A stretch of 64,000 nucleotides of DNA from an uncultured Acidobacteriota bacterium (GTDB lineage: Bacteria; Acidobacteriota; Polarisedimenticolia; J045), in NCBI GenBank assembly GCA_964420365.1, contig CAYQTA010000094.1, positions 100,514 to 164,513 of the forward strand. The letters are read 5' to 3'. Of this stretch, positions 34,454 through 43,652 are shown in pieces (the first letter of the stretch is position 1; each line of letters opens with the position of its first letter). The position numbers were made by a program, and so were the translations under genes. The notes beneath the pieces are model-generated. The model was not told the origin of the DNA. It saw only the letters and a program-made list of their open reading frames with translations, and did no database searches.

Positions 34454-37400
34454 TCAGTCCGCGGCCGGCGCCTCGATCTCGCGCGCCGCCAGGTGGCTGT
34501 AGAGCGCCCACCGCCGGCGGGCATCCTCCTCGGCCTGCCGCAGCAGGGTGCGGGCGCGCTCCGGGTCGGACTTCATCAGCATCCGGAAACGGGTCTCCGC
34601 CTGGAAGTACTCCTCCATCGGGATCGCGGGCGCGCCGGAGTCCAGCTTGAGCGGGTTCTTCCCCTCCGCGAGCAGGGCGGGGTTGTAGCGGTAGAGGATC
34701 CAGTGGCCCGACTTGACCGCCAGCTTCTGGTTGTCCGTCTGCTTCCCCATGTCGATCCCGTGGGCGATGCAGGGGGAGTAGGCGATGATCAGCGACGGCC
34801 CCGGCCAGGCCTCCGCCTCGACGAACGCCCGGACGGTCTGCGCGTCGTTGGCCCCCATCGCCACCTGGGCGACGTAGACGTCCCCGTAGCTCATCGCCAT
34901 CATGCCGAGGTCCTTCTTCGGGCGCGGGCGGCCGGCGGCGGCGAACTTGGCGACCGCCCCGAGCGGCGTCGCCTTGGACATCTGGCCGCCCGTGTTCGAG
35001 TAGACCTCGGTGTCGAGGACGAGCAGGTTCACGTCCCGCCCCTGGGCGATCACGTGGTCGAGCCCGCCGTAGCCGATGTCGTAGGCCCAGCCGTCACCGC
35101 CGACGATCCAGACGCTGTGCCGCACCAGGGCGTCGGCGACGCTGTCCAGCCACCTCGCCGCGGGCCTGTCGATGGAACCCAGCTTCTGCCGCAGGGCGGC
35201 GATCCGCTCCCGCTGGGCCGCGATCCCCGCCTCGGTGGACTGGTCCGCATCGAGGATCCCGCGGACCAGCTCGTCGCCCAGCTCGGCCGCGAGCTGCACC
35301 AGGAGCTCGGCGGCGAACTCGCGCTGCTTGTCCAGGGTGAGGCGGAACCCGAGACCGAACTCCGCGTTGTCCTCGAAGAGCGAGTTCGACCAGGCAGGCC
35401 CCCTGCCCTCGTGGTTGAACGTCCAGGGAGTGGTCGGCAGGTTGCCCCCGTAGATCGACGAGCACCCGGTGGCGTTCGCGATCACCGCCCGGTCCCCGAA
35501 GAGCTGGCTGAGCAGCTTGACGTACGGGGTCTCGCCGCACCCGGCACAGGCGCCGGAGTACTCGAACAGGGGCTGCAGGAACTGGGACCCCTTGACCGTG
35601 CTCACCTTGACCGCGCTGCGGTCGACCTCGGGAAGCGAAAGGAAGAAATCGTAGTTGGCGATCTCCCGCTCCCGGATCGGGATCTGGGGCTCCATGTTGA
35701 TCGCCTTCCGCTTCGGGTCCTTGCGGTTCTTCGCCGGGCAGTAGTGCACGCACAGGGAACAGCCGGTGCAGTCCTCCGGGGCCACCTGGATCGTGTACTT
35801 CATCCCGGCGAACTCCTTCCCGCGGTAGTCGGTGGAGAGGAACGAGCCGGGGGCCTTCTCCAGGTGCGCCGGGTCGTAGACCTTCTGCCGGATCGCGGCG
35901 TGCGGGCAGATGATCACGCACTTGCCGCACTGGATGCAGACCTCGGGATCCCACACCGGGATCTCGAGGGCGATGTTCCGCTTCTCGTACTTCGTGGTCC
36001 CGGAGGGGAACGTGCCGTCCACCGGCATTGCCGAGACCGGCAGTTCGTCTCCCTTCATCTGGAGGATCCTGGCCGTCACCTTCTGCACGAACTCGGGCGC
36101 GTCGGCGGGCACCGGCGGCAGCAGCTCCTTCGTCGACGTCACCCGCCCGGGAACCCGGACCTCGTGCAGGTTGTCGAGCGCGGCGTCGACCGCGCGGAAG
36201 TTCTGCTCGACGACGTCCTGTCCCTTGCGGCCGTAGGTCTTCTCGATCGCGTCCTTGATCCTGGCGATCGCCTCCTCCCGCGGGAGCACCCCGGAGATCG
36301 CGAAGAAGCAGGTCTGCATGATCGTGTTGATCCGGCCGCCCATGCCCGCCTCGCGGGCCACCCTGTAGGCGTCGATCACGTAGAACTTCAGCCCCTTCTC
36401 GAGGATCCGCTCCTGGTGGACGCGGGGAAGCCGGTCCCAGACCTCGTCCGGGCCGAACGGGCTGTTCAGCAGGAAGACCGCCCCGTCCTTCGCCTTCTCC
36501 AGCACGTCGAACTTCTCGACGAACACCCACTGGTGAACGCCGACGAAGTCCGCCTGGTCGAGCAGGTACGTCGACCGGATCGGCTTCTTCCCGAAGCGAA
36601 GGTGGGAGACGGTCATCGCCCCGGCCTTCTTCGAGTCGTAGACGAAGTAACCCTGGGCCCAGTTGTCGGTCTCCTCGCCGATGATCTTGATCGTGTTCTT
36701 GTTCGCCCCGACCGTTCCGTCCGAGCCGAGGCCGTAGAAGAGCGCCTGGACCATCCCCTCGGCCGGAAGCTTGAAGTCGGCGTCCACCGGAAGGCTGGAG
36801 CCCGTGACATCGTCGACGATGCCGACGGTGAAGTGGTTCTTCGGGGCATCGGCGGCCAGGTTGTCCAGGACCGCCTTCACCATCGCCGGGTTGAACTCCT
36901 TGCTCGAGAGCCCGTACCGGCCACCGACGACGACCGGCGGGTCGAACGGCAGCGTACCCGCCGCCCGGGCCTCGGCGATGGTCGTCACGACGTCCTCGTA
37001 GAGCGGCTCGCCGGCCGCTCCCGGCTCCTTGGTGCGATCGAGGACCGCGATCGCCCGGACCGTCTTCGGCAGCGCGGCGAGGAACGCCTCGGCCGCGAAC
37101 GGCCGGTAGAGACGGACCTTGATCACGCCCACCTTCTCGCCACGGGAGGCCAGGTACTCGACGGTCTCGTGGGCGGCCTCGGCCCCGGACCCCATCAGCA
37201 CGACGACCCGCTCCGCGTCCGGCGCCCCGAAGTAGTCGAAGAGGTTGTAGCGGCGGCCGGCCACCTCGTGGAACCGATCCATCGCCTGCTGCACGAACCG
37301 CGGACAGGCCGCGTAGAACGGGTTCACCGTCTCCCGCGCCTGGAAGAACACGTCCGGGTTCTGCGCGGTCCCCCGGATGAACGGGTGCTCCGGCGAGAGG

Positions 37401-38020
37401 CCGCGCTGCCGGTGGGCGATCACCAGGTCGTCGTCGATCATCGCCCGGAGCTGGTCGTCGTCCAGGCGCTCGATCTTCATCACCTCGTGGGACGTTCGAA
37501 AGCCGTCAAAGAAGTGCAGGAACGGCACGCGCGACGCCAGGGACGCGGCCTGGGCGATCACCGCCATGTCGTGCACTTCCTGGACGGAGCCCGAGGCGAT
37601 CATCCCGAACCCGGTGGAGCGGGCCGCCATCACGTCGGAGTGGTCCCAGAAGATCGACAGCGCGTGGGTGGCCACCGTGCGCGCGGCGATGTGGAAGACC
37701 GTCGGCGTCAGCTCCCCGGCGATCTTGAACATGTTCGGAATCATCAGGAGGAGGCCCTGGGAGGCGGTGAAGGTGGTCGTCAGGGCTCCCTTCTGGAGTG
37801 CCCCGTGGACGGCCCCGGCGGCTCCTCCCTCGGACTGCATCTCGATCACGTGGGGCACCGTTCCCCAGATGTTGCGCTGCCCGCGCGCCGACCAGGCGTC
37901 CGCGTGCTCCCCCATCGGGGAGGACGGGGTGATCGGGTAGATCGCGATGACCTCGTTGATGCGGTGCGCCGTCGAGGCGGCGGCCTCGTTCCCGTCGATG
38001 GTGATCATGGTTCGGGCCAT
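34454..38020 (-). CDS. Pyruvate:ferredoxin (flavodoxin) oxidoreductase, single-chain NifJ/PorA type
   Basis: ORF 34454..38143, from internal MARTMITIDGNEAAASTAHRINEVIAIYPITPSSPMGE... About 1188 aa with two 4Fe-4S ferredoxin motifs (CIQCGKCVIICPHAA and CTGCSLCVHYCPAKN) and a TPP domain (GGDGWAYDIGYGGLDHV). Confidence 0.9.
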   Translation of the reverse strand: MARTMITIDGNEAAASTAHRINEVIAIYPITPSSPMGEHADAWSARGQRNIWGTVPHVIEMQSEGGAAGAVHGALQKGALTTTFTASQGLLLMIPNMFKIAGELTPTVFHIAARTVATHALSIFWDHSDVMAARSTGFGMIASGSVQEVHDMAVIAQAASLASRVPFLHFFDGFRTSHEVMKIERLDDDQLRAMIDDDLVIAHRQRGLSPEHPFIRGTAQNPDVFFQARETVNPFYAACPRFVQQAMDRFHEVAGRRYNLFDYFGAPDAERVVVLMGSGAEAAHETVEYLASRGEKVGVIKVRLYRPFAAEAFLAALPKTVRAIAVLDRTKEPGAAGEPLYEDVVTTIAEARAAGTLPFDPPVVVGGRYGLSSKEFNPAMVKAVLDNLAADAPKNHFTVGIVDDVTGSSLPVDADFKLPAEGMVQALFYGLGSDGTVGANKNTIKIIGEETDNWAQGYFVYDSKKAGAMTVSHLRFGKKPIRSTYLLDQADFVGVHQWVFVEKFDVLEKAKDGAVFLLNSPFGPDEVWDRLPRVHQERILEKGLKFYVIDAYRVAREAGMGGRINTIMQTCFFAISGVLPREEAIARIKDAIEKTYGRKGQDVVEQNFRAVDAALDNLHEVRVPGRVTSTKELLPPVPADAPEFVQKVTARILQMKGDELPVSAMPVDGTFPSGTTKYEKRNIALEIPVWDPEVCIQCGKCVIICPHAAIRQKVYDPAHLEKAPGSFLSTDYRGKEFAGMKYTIQVAPEDCTGCSLCVHYCPAKNRKDPKRKAINMEPQIPIREREIANYDFFLSLPEVDRSAVKVSTVKGSQFLQPLFEYSGACAGCGETPYVKLLSQLFGDRAVIANATGCSSIYGGNLPTTPWTFNHEGRGPAWSNSLFEDNAEFGLGFRLTLDKQREFAAELLVQLAAELGDELVRGILDADQSTEAGIAAQRERIAALRQKLGSIDRPAARWLDSVADALVRHSVWIVGGDGWAYDIGYGGLDHVIAQGRDVNLLVLDTEVYSNTGGQMSKATPLGAVAKFAAAGRPRPKKDLGMMAMSYGDVYVAQVAMGANDAQTVRAFVEAEAWPGPSLIIAYSPCIAHGIDMGKQTDNQKLAVKSGHWILYRYNPALLAEGKNPLKLDSGAPAIPMEEYFQAETRFRMLMKSDPERARTLLRQAEEDARRRWALYSHLAAREIEAPAAD

Positions 38021-38180
38021 TCGGGGTCCTCCCAAGCTCCCCTCTGCGGGGTTCCCTGGAGCGCGAGTACGCGGGTCCGGAACGGTCGGGTGGGGCAGGC
38101 GGATGCCGGGCGGCATGGTACTCCCGCCCCCCGCCCCTTTCAAACGGGGCCCGCCGTACGCATTAGCACGCCCTTACACG

Positions 38181-38501
38181 TTAGTCATCGCCAGTTTTCC
38201 CGGCATCCCCCCGCACGGCGCGGACCTCCGCGTCTTCCCGTTCCTCCAGGCGCCGCAGCTCGCGGACGTACTCCTCCTCGATCTTCCGCGCCTCCTCCGC
38301 GTCGCCCCGGAGCCACGCCTTCTCGACGTTCTGCCGGTGAAGGATCTCCATCTCGGCCCGTTTCGCCCGGTACCGCCGACGGATCTCCGCGATCCGCTCC
38401 TTCTGCTGCTCGGTCAGGGGAGCCCCGTTCCCCTCCCCGTCCCGGGCCCGCAGCTTCTCGAGGGCGATCTCCCACGCCGACTTCAGCTCGTCGTCCGCCA
38501 T
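38181..38501 (-). CDS. Small highly charged helical protein (hypothetical)
   Basis: ORF 38181..38684, from internal MADDELKSAWEIALEKLRARDGEG...EQQKERIAEIRRRYRAKRAEMEIL... (106 aa, Lys/Glu/Arg-rich). No family recognised. It lies upstream of PFOR and divergent from tolQ. Confidence 0.4.
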   Translation of the reverse strand: MADDELKSAWEIALEKLRARDGEGNGAPLTEQQKERIAEIRRRYRAKRAEMEILHRQNVEKAWLRGDAEEARKIEEEYVRELRRLEEREDAEVRAVRGDAGKTGDD

Positions 38502-38701
38502 CGCCAGCACCTCCTCCGGACGGTGGGCCCGCCCGGGCCCGCCCGGGCGCCCCCGATTCTCGGGAACCGCCCGTCCCCCCGCAAGCGCACCCCGGGCTGC
38601 CGGCGCCGCCCGGCGACCCCGCCGGAAACCCGCGCCAACCTTGCCGCTTTCCGCCGGCGCGTGGTACGGTCGCCCCGTTCGCATCCTGCCGAGGTGATCC
38701 C

Positions 38702-39418
38702 GTGACGCACGCCCTCGTTCCGCTCGCGGCCGGAGGGACCGATGTCCTGCGCCTCGTCCTCGAGGCCGGCCCCGTCGCCAAGCTGGTCCTGCTGCTGCTG
38801 CTCGTGGCCTCCGTGATCTCCTGGGGGATCATCGTTGAGCGCGCCCGTTTCTTCCGGGCGGCGGCCCGGGAAACCCGGGCGTTCCTTGCCCGCTTCCACG
38901 GGGGCGCCCGCCTCGCCGAGCTGCGGGACCTGGCCGAGCGGTGGCACCGCTCCCCGGTGGTTTCCCTCTTCAAGGCGGCATTCCACGAGGTCAGCCAGCT
39001 GTCCCTCGAGGCGGGCGGCGCCGGCGTCGGCCGGGCCCTCGACGAGGACGCGATCGCGGACGTTCAGCGGATGATGGAGCGAACGGCGGCCGCGAACACC
39101 CGGGACCTCGAACGCTCCCTCACCTTCCTCGCGACGACGGCCAGCACGGCCCCCTTCATCGGGCTGTTCGGAACGGTCTGGGGAATCATGGGAGCCTTTC
39201 ACCGGATCGGGATGACCGGCGCCGCCTCCCTCGAGACGTACGCCCCGGGGATCGCCGAGGCGCTGATCGCGACGGCGGCCGGGCTTTTCGCCGCCATCCC
39301 GGCGGCCGTCGCCTACAACTCCTTCCTCCGGCAGGTCCGGATCATGGGGATCGAGATGGAGGAGTTCCAGTACGATTTCGTCCACCTGCTCCAGAAGCGG
39401 CGGCGGAGGGTCGGCTGA
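38702..39418 (+). CDS. tolQ: Tol-Pal system protein TolQ (MotA/TolQ/ExbB proton channel)
   Basis: C-terminal 238 aa of the 2042-aa ORF 33290..39418. GTG at 38702 with ribosome-binding site GAGGTG: ...[20 protein letters not shown]...[25 protein letters not shown]... Confidence 0.85.
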   Translation: MTHALVPLAAGGTDVLRLVLEAGPVAKLVLLLLLVASVISWGIIVERARFFRAAARETRAFLARFHGGARLAELRDLAERWHRSPVVSLFKAAFHEVSQLSLEAGGAGVGRALDEDAIADVQRMMERTAAANTRDLERSLTFLATTASTAPFIGLFGTVWGIMGAFHRIGMTGAASLETYAPGIAEALIATAAGLFAAIPAAVAYNSFLRQVRIMGIEMEEFQYDFVHLLQKRRRRVG

Positions 39419-39420
39419 CG

Positions 39421-39849
39421 ATGGCACCGGGCCGCCGGGACGCGGGGCGCGGCGCCCTCGCCGAGATCAACGTCACGCCCCTCGTCGACGTCATGCTCGT
39501 CCTGCTGATCATCTTCATGGTGTCGGCCCCGATGCTGACCCGCGGGATCGACGTGAACCTGCCCCGTGCCGCGTCCTCCGCGGTCATCGAGGAGGACCGG
39601 GTGACGGTCACGGTACGCCGGGACGGGCAGTTTCTCGTCGAAGGACACCCCGTCGTCGACACGCTGCTGGCCGACGAGGTCCGGAAGGCGGGCGGGGGAC
39701 GTCCGGACGTGGCCGTCTACCTGGAGGGGGACGCGGACGTCGCCTACGGCCGCGTCCTCGCCGCGATGGACACCCTGCGGCAGGCCGGGATCGAGCGGGT
39801 CGCCCTGGTGACGGAGCCGCTCCCGGAACCCCCGGGGGGAGGGCACTGA
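39421..39849 (+). CDS. tolR: Tol-Pal system protein TolR (ExbD/TolR family)
   Basis: C-terminal part of ORF 38941..39849, from ATG 39421: [48 protein letters not shown]... (142 aa). Confidence 0.85.
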   Translation: MAPGRRDAGRGALAEINVTPLVDVMLVLLIIFMVSAPMLTRGIDVNLPRAASSAVIEEDRVTVTVRRDGQFLVEGHPVVDTLLADEVRKAGGGRPDVAVYLEGDADVAYGRVLAAMDTLRQAGIERVALVTEPLPEPPGGGH

Positions 39850-39852
39850 CCC

Positions 39853-40647
39853 GTGGCCCGGCCCGTCGTCCGGGTGCGCCTCCACCTCCCCGCCCGCGAG
39901 GAGTTCCTCGCGTTCCTGGTCTCCCTCGCCGGTCACGCCCTCCTGCTGGCGGCGATCCTCGGCCTCGGCGCGGGCCGGGCCCCGGCAGGTCCGCCGCGGA
40001 AGGTGCTCCGCGTGCGCCTCGCGGCGGCGCCGCGGGCCGCGCGGCCGACCGCCCGTCCTCCCCGCGCGACCGACCGTCGCGCGGAGGCGGCCCGCCCGAG
40101 GCGGCCCGCCCGGAAGGAGAAGCGTCGCAGCCGGCGCGCCCGGGCGGGTGCCCCGCCCAGGGTCGAGACCCGGCCGGAGACCGGGGCGACCGCCCGGCCG
40201 AAGGAACTGCCCCGGGAGAAGCCCGCACCGGCCGAGCCTTCCCCGCCCGCCGGGCCGGACGCGGAGGCGGAAGCGAAGGCGAAGACCGCCGCCGGTCTCC
40301 CCGAGGGACCGATCGCCGGGGGGGTTGCCGGCCTCGAGACCGACGAACCGCTGACCGCCGACTGGTACGTGGGGCTGGTCGTCGCCCGGCTCCAGGAAGC
40401 CTGGCGCGACCGCCCGGTCCTCCCCGTCGGGTCGCCCGCGCGCCGGGTGGTCGTCGCCTTCACGATCCTGCGGGATGGTCGGGTCACCGACGTCCGGGTC
40501 GAGATCCCGTCCGGCTACACTCCCCTGGACACCTCGGCCGTCCGGGCGGTCGCGTCCCTCGGACGGCTGCCCCCCCTGCCCCGTTCGTACGGAAAGGAGC
40601 GACTCGGTGCGCGCTTCGTGTTCGAACTCCTCCCCCCCGGTCCGTGA
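39853..40647 (+). CDS. tolA: TolA-like energy transducer (Pro/Ala/Arg-rich linker plus TonB_C-like domain)
   Basis: 264 aa: an N-terminal transmembrane helix (FLVSLAGHALLLAAIL), a low-complexity basic linker, and a C-terminal ...YVGLVVARLQEAWR...RVVVAFTILRDGRVTDVRVEIPSG... GTG start at 39853. Confidence 0.65.
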   Translation: MARPVVRVRLHLPAREEFLAFLVSLAGHALLLAAILGLGAGRAPAGPPRKVLRVRLAAAPRAARPTARPPRATDRRAEAARPRRPARKEKRRSRRARAGAPPRVETRPETGATARPKELPREKPAPAEPSPPAGPDAEAEAKAKTAAGLPEGPIAGGVAGLETDEPLTADWYVGLVVARLQEAWRDRPVLPVGSPARRVVVAFTILRDGRVTDVRVEIPSGYTPLDTSAVRAVASLGRLPPLPRSYGKERLGARFVFELLPPGP

Positions 40648-41944
40648 CCGGCGCCCGCCGGGGCTCGTGGTCCTCCTGCTCCTGCTGCTGGCAGCGACTC
40701 CGGCGGCGGCGGTGGAACCGGGCGAGCTGACCGGCGTGATTTCCGCCCGGGCGAGCGCCCGGGTGTCCCTCGCCGTCCCCCCGACGGTTGCCCTGGGAGA
40801 CGCCCCGCTGGCCGCGGCCGGCGAGGCCGGGGAGGTCCTCCGGGCCGACCTGGACTTCTCCGGCTGGTTCGGGCTGCTCGACCCCCGCGGAGAAGGCCGG
40901 ATCCCGCCGGACCGGCTCGCCGACCCGGCCGCGTGGAAGGAAGTCGGCGCGGCCTACCTGCTGACCAGCACCCTGGACGTCGCCGGGGACCGGGCCCGGC
41001 TGGGGGTCCGGCTCCTCGAGACGGGGGGCGGAAGCCTCCTCCTCGGCAAGACCTGGGGTGGACGGTACCCGGCCGACCTGCGCCGGCTCGCCCACGCGGC
41101 CGCCGACGCGGTGACCGAGGCCCTCACCGGCCGGCCCGGCATCGCCCGCACCCGCATCGCCTTCGTCGCCCGGGTCGGGGAGGCCAAGGAGATCTACCTC
41201 ATGGACTACGACGGCGCCCGGGTGCGACGCCTGACCAGCACGGGAGCGATCAACCTCTCCCCGGCGTGGTCCCCCGACGGCCGGCGCCTCGCGTTTCTCT
41301 CGTTCCTCGGCCGGCGGCCATCGATCTACATCCTCGACGAGAAGAGCCGCGTCGTGACCCTCCACCCGCGCGGAGGCGACCTGAACTCGGCCCCCGACTT
41401 CTCCCCGGACGGCCGGACGCTCGCCTTCTCCTCCGACCGGGACGGCAACGTCGAGATCTACCTCTACGACCTCGAGACCGGACGGGAGACGCGCCTCACG
41501 CGGAACCCGGCCATCGACGCCAACCCGTCCTGGTCCCCCTCGGGGCGGGAGATCGCCTTCACCTCGGACCGGACCGGTTCGCCCCAGGTGTTCATCATGT
41601 CGGCCGACGGCACCCACGTCCGCCGCCTCACCTGGGAGGGGCGCTACAACGAGTCGGCGGCCTGGTCGCCCGACGGCGGACGGATCGCCTTTGTCAGCCG
41701 CGTCGCCGGGCGCTTCGAGATCGTCATTCACGACCTGGCCACCGGGAAGGAGACGATCATCACGTCCGGCCCGGGCAACAAGGAGAATCCCCGCTGGGCC
41801 CCGGACGGACGCCACCTGGTCTACGCCTGCGATGCGTCGGGAACCTGGGACATCTACACGATCCGCGACGACGGGACCGACGTCCGGCGCCTGACCCGCG
41901 GCCTCGCCGCCCAGACGCCCGACTGGTCGCCCCTGCGTCGCTGA
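40607..41944 (+). CDS. tolB: Tol-Pal system beta-propeller protein TolB
   Basis: ORF 40475..41944. The GTG at 40607 has the ribosome-binding site GGAAAGGAG 7 nt upstream and gives the signal peptide MRASCSNSSPPVRDRRPPGLVVLLLLLLAATPAAAVEP. Repeated PAWSPDGRRLAF/PDFSPDGRTLAF/PSWSPSGREIAF/AAWSPDGGRIAF/PRWAPDGRHLVY blades follow. It overlaps the tolA 3' end by 41 nt. Confidence 0.8.
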   Translation: MRASCSNSSPPVRDRRPPGLVVLLLLLLAATPAAAVEPGELTGVISARASARVSLAVPPTVALGDAPLAAAGEAGEVLRADLDFSGWFGLLDPRGEGRIPPDRLADPAAWKEVGAAYLLTSTLDVAGDRARLGVRLLETGGGSLLLGKTWGGRYPADLRRLAHAAADAVTEALTGRPGIARTRIAFVARVGEAKEIYLMDYDGARVRRLTSTGAINLSPAWSPDGRRLAFLSFLGRRPSIYILDEKSRVVTLHPRGGDLNSAPDFSPDGRTLAFSSDRDGNVEIYLYDLETGRETRLTRNPAIDANPSWSPSGREIAFTSDRTGSPQVFIMSADGTHVRRLTWEGRYNESAAWSPDGGRIAFVSRVAGRFEIVIHDLATGKETIITSGPGNKENPRWAPDGRHLVYACDASGTWDIYTIRDDGTDVRRLTRGLAAQTPDWSPLRR

Positions 41945-42010
41945 GCGCCCGCGGCGCGCCGTGCGGGTAGAATGACCACGCCCCGCGAACAGAACCCCCG
42001 GAGGAAACCG

Positions 42011-42646
42011 ATGCCTGACCTTCGTCTCGACCGGATCCCGTTCCTGCTCCTCGCTGCCCTGTTCCTGGCCGGCTGCGCGTCCCGGCCGGCGATCGTCGAG
42101 ACGACGATCCCGGCGGCCGAACCTTCCGCCGGCGTCGAGGAAGGCACCGCTCCGACCGGCGGGACACCGGCGAGCGCCGCCCGGGAAGGGGAAGAAAGGG
42201 AGCGCCTCGCCGCGGAGGGTTTCGAGGAGGCCCCCCTGGCGGCCGAGGACCTGCGAGACGAGGAGGCCCGGCTCGCCACGCTGGACGAGAACTCCCTGCG
42301 CCGGATCCTCCGGCCGATCTACTTCGCCTTCGATTCCTCGGCCCTCTCCGAGACGGCGCTGCGCACCCTGGAGCGGAACGCCGCCTGGCTGCGCCAGCAC
42401 CCGGACTGGAAGGTCCGCGTGGAAGGACACTGCGACGAGCGCGGGACCTCCGAGTACAACCTGGCGCTCGGAGCCCGGCGGGCCCGGCGGGTCAAGGAAC
42501 ACCTCGTCCGCCTCGGCATCTCGCCGGAGAGGATCGAGACGATCTCGTACGGCGAGGAACGGCCGGTGGACCCGGGCCACGACGAGGCGGCCTGGTCGAA
42601 GAACCGCCGCGCGGAATTCGTGCTGATCCGCCCGGCCGGGCGCTGA
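42011..42646 (+). CDS. pal: Peptidoglycan-associated lipoprotein Pal (OmpA-family)
   Basis: ORF 41972..42646, from ATG 42011 (ribosome-binding site GGAGGAAACC): [24 protein letters not shown] (lipobox), then ...[11 protein letters not shown]...[22 protein letters not shown] (OmpA_C). Confidence 0.85.
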   Translation: MPDLRLDRIPFLLLAALFLAGCASRPAIVETTIPAAEPSAGVEEGTAPTGGTPASAAREGEERERLAAEGFEEAPLAAEDLRDEEARLATLDENSLRRILRPIYFAFDSSALSETALRTLERNAAWLRQHPDWKVRVEGHCDERGTSEYNLALGARRARRVKEHLVRLGISPERIETISYGEERPVDPGHDEAAWSKNRRAEFVLIRPAGR

Positions 42647-42660
42647 GGAGGACCCGGACG

Positions 42661-43557
42661 ATGCGTGCCCCCACCGCGGGAACCCTCTGCCTCGCCGCCT
42701 CCCTCGGGCTCTTCGCCGCCGGCTGCGCCACGACGATGCCGGGCGCCGCGCCCGCCGCCGACTCCGCGGAGATCCGGGACCAGCTGTTCAAGCTACAGAA
42801 GGACTCGGCCCGGATCCTCGCGCGCGTGGAGACCCTGGCGGAGGAGTCTTCCGGGGACCGCTCCAACCCCGCCTGTGCCGAGGCCGCCACGAAGGTCGAC
42901 GACCTGGCAACCGAGATTCGCGCCCTCGAGGAGCAGGTGCTCGCCACCCAGCGGCGGCTGGACGAGCTGTTCAGCGAGGTCCGGGCCCTGCGCCGGACCG
43001 CTCCCGCCGGCTGGGCCGCGGCCCCCCCCGCCGCGACTCCCGGGGGAACGGCCGGCGGGGCGGCGGGGGCCAGTCCTTCCGCCACCGGGGAGGTGCCCGG
43101 GGAGACCGCCGCGGGCGGCAGCGGGGAGACCGCCGCGCGGGCGGGCACGACCGGCCCGGAAACCCCGGAGGAGAGCCCGGTGGACGTGTTCAACCGGGCC
43201 TACGCGGACTTCTCCCAGGGCCACTACGAGCTGGCCCTGGCCGGTTTCCAGCGGGTGCTGCAGCTCGACCCGAACGGTCCCCTCTCCGACGACGCCCAGT
43301 ACTGGATCGGAGAAACGTACTACGCGATGCAGAAGTACCCCGAGGCGGCCGCGGCATTCGATCACCTGATCTCGGCCTGGCCCCGCTCGGACCACCTGCG
43401 GGCGGCCCACCTGAAGAAAGGGCTCGCGCTGTTCGAGGGGCGGCGGACGACCGAGGGGGCGATCGAGCTCCAGGAGCTGATCGAGACCTGGCCCGGCTCC
43501 GACGAGGCACGGATCGCCGAGGACTACCTGAAGCGCAAGGGCATCCTCCAGGACTGA
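42661..43557 (+). CDS. cpoB: Tol-Pal system protein CpoB/YbgF (coiled coil plus TPR)
   Basis: 298 aa: a signal or lipoprotein-like N-terminus (LFAAGCAT), a coiled coil (...IRALEEQVLATQRRLDEL...), an Ala/Gly linker, and a C-terminal TPR (FNRAYADFSQGHYELALAGF...AQYWIGETYYAM...). Confidence 0.75.
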   Translation: MRAPTAGTLCLAASLGLFAAGCATTMPGAAPAADSAEIRDQLFKLQKDSARILARVETLAEESSGDRSNPACAEAATKVDDLATEIRALEEQVLATQRRLDELFSEVRALRRTAPAGWAAAPPAATPGGTAGGAAGASPSATGEVPGETAAGGSGETAARAGTTGPETPEESPVDVFNRAYADFSQGHYELALAGFQRVLQLDPNGPLSDDAQYWIGETYYAMQKYPEAAAAFDHLISAWPRSDHLRAAHLKKGLALFEGRRTTEGAIELQELIETWPGSDEARIAEDYLKRKGILQD

Positions 43558-43652
43558 GCCCCCGGGCGCCCGGGTGCGCCGGCTGCCCGGATCGTGGCAG
43601 AATCCCGGGTCGCCCCGGCCGGGGGAGACCCGGCCGTCCCTGGAGGGGAACG

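Noticed and set aside
33290-39418. A 2042-aa plus-strand ORF, the longest in the track.
   Set aside because: It is antisense to PFOR, the DHOD-like gene and the small hypothetical for about 5.4 kb. Its translation there is Arg/Pro/Gly-rich low-complexity text with no motifs. Only the last 238 codons (38702..39418) are real and encode TolQ. This is a high-GC stop-codon-poor shadow frame.
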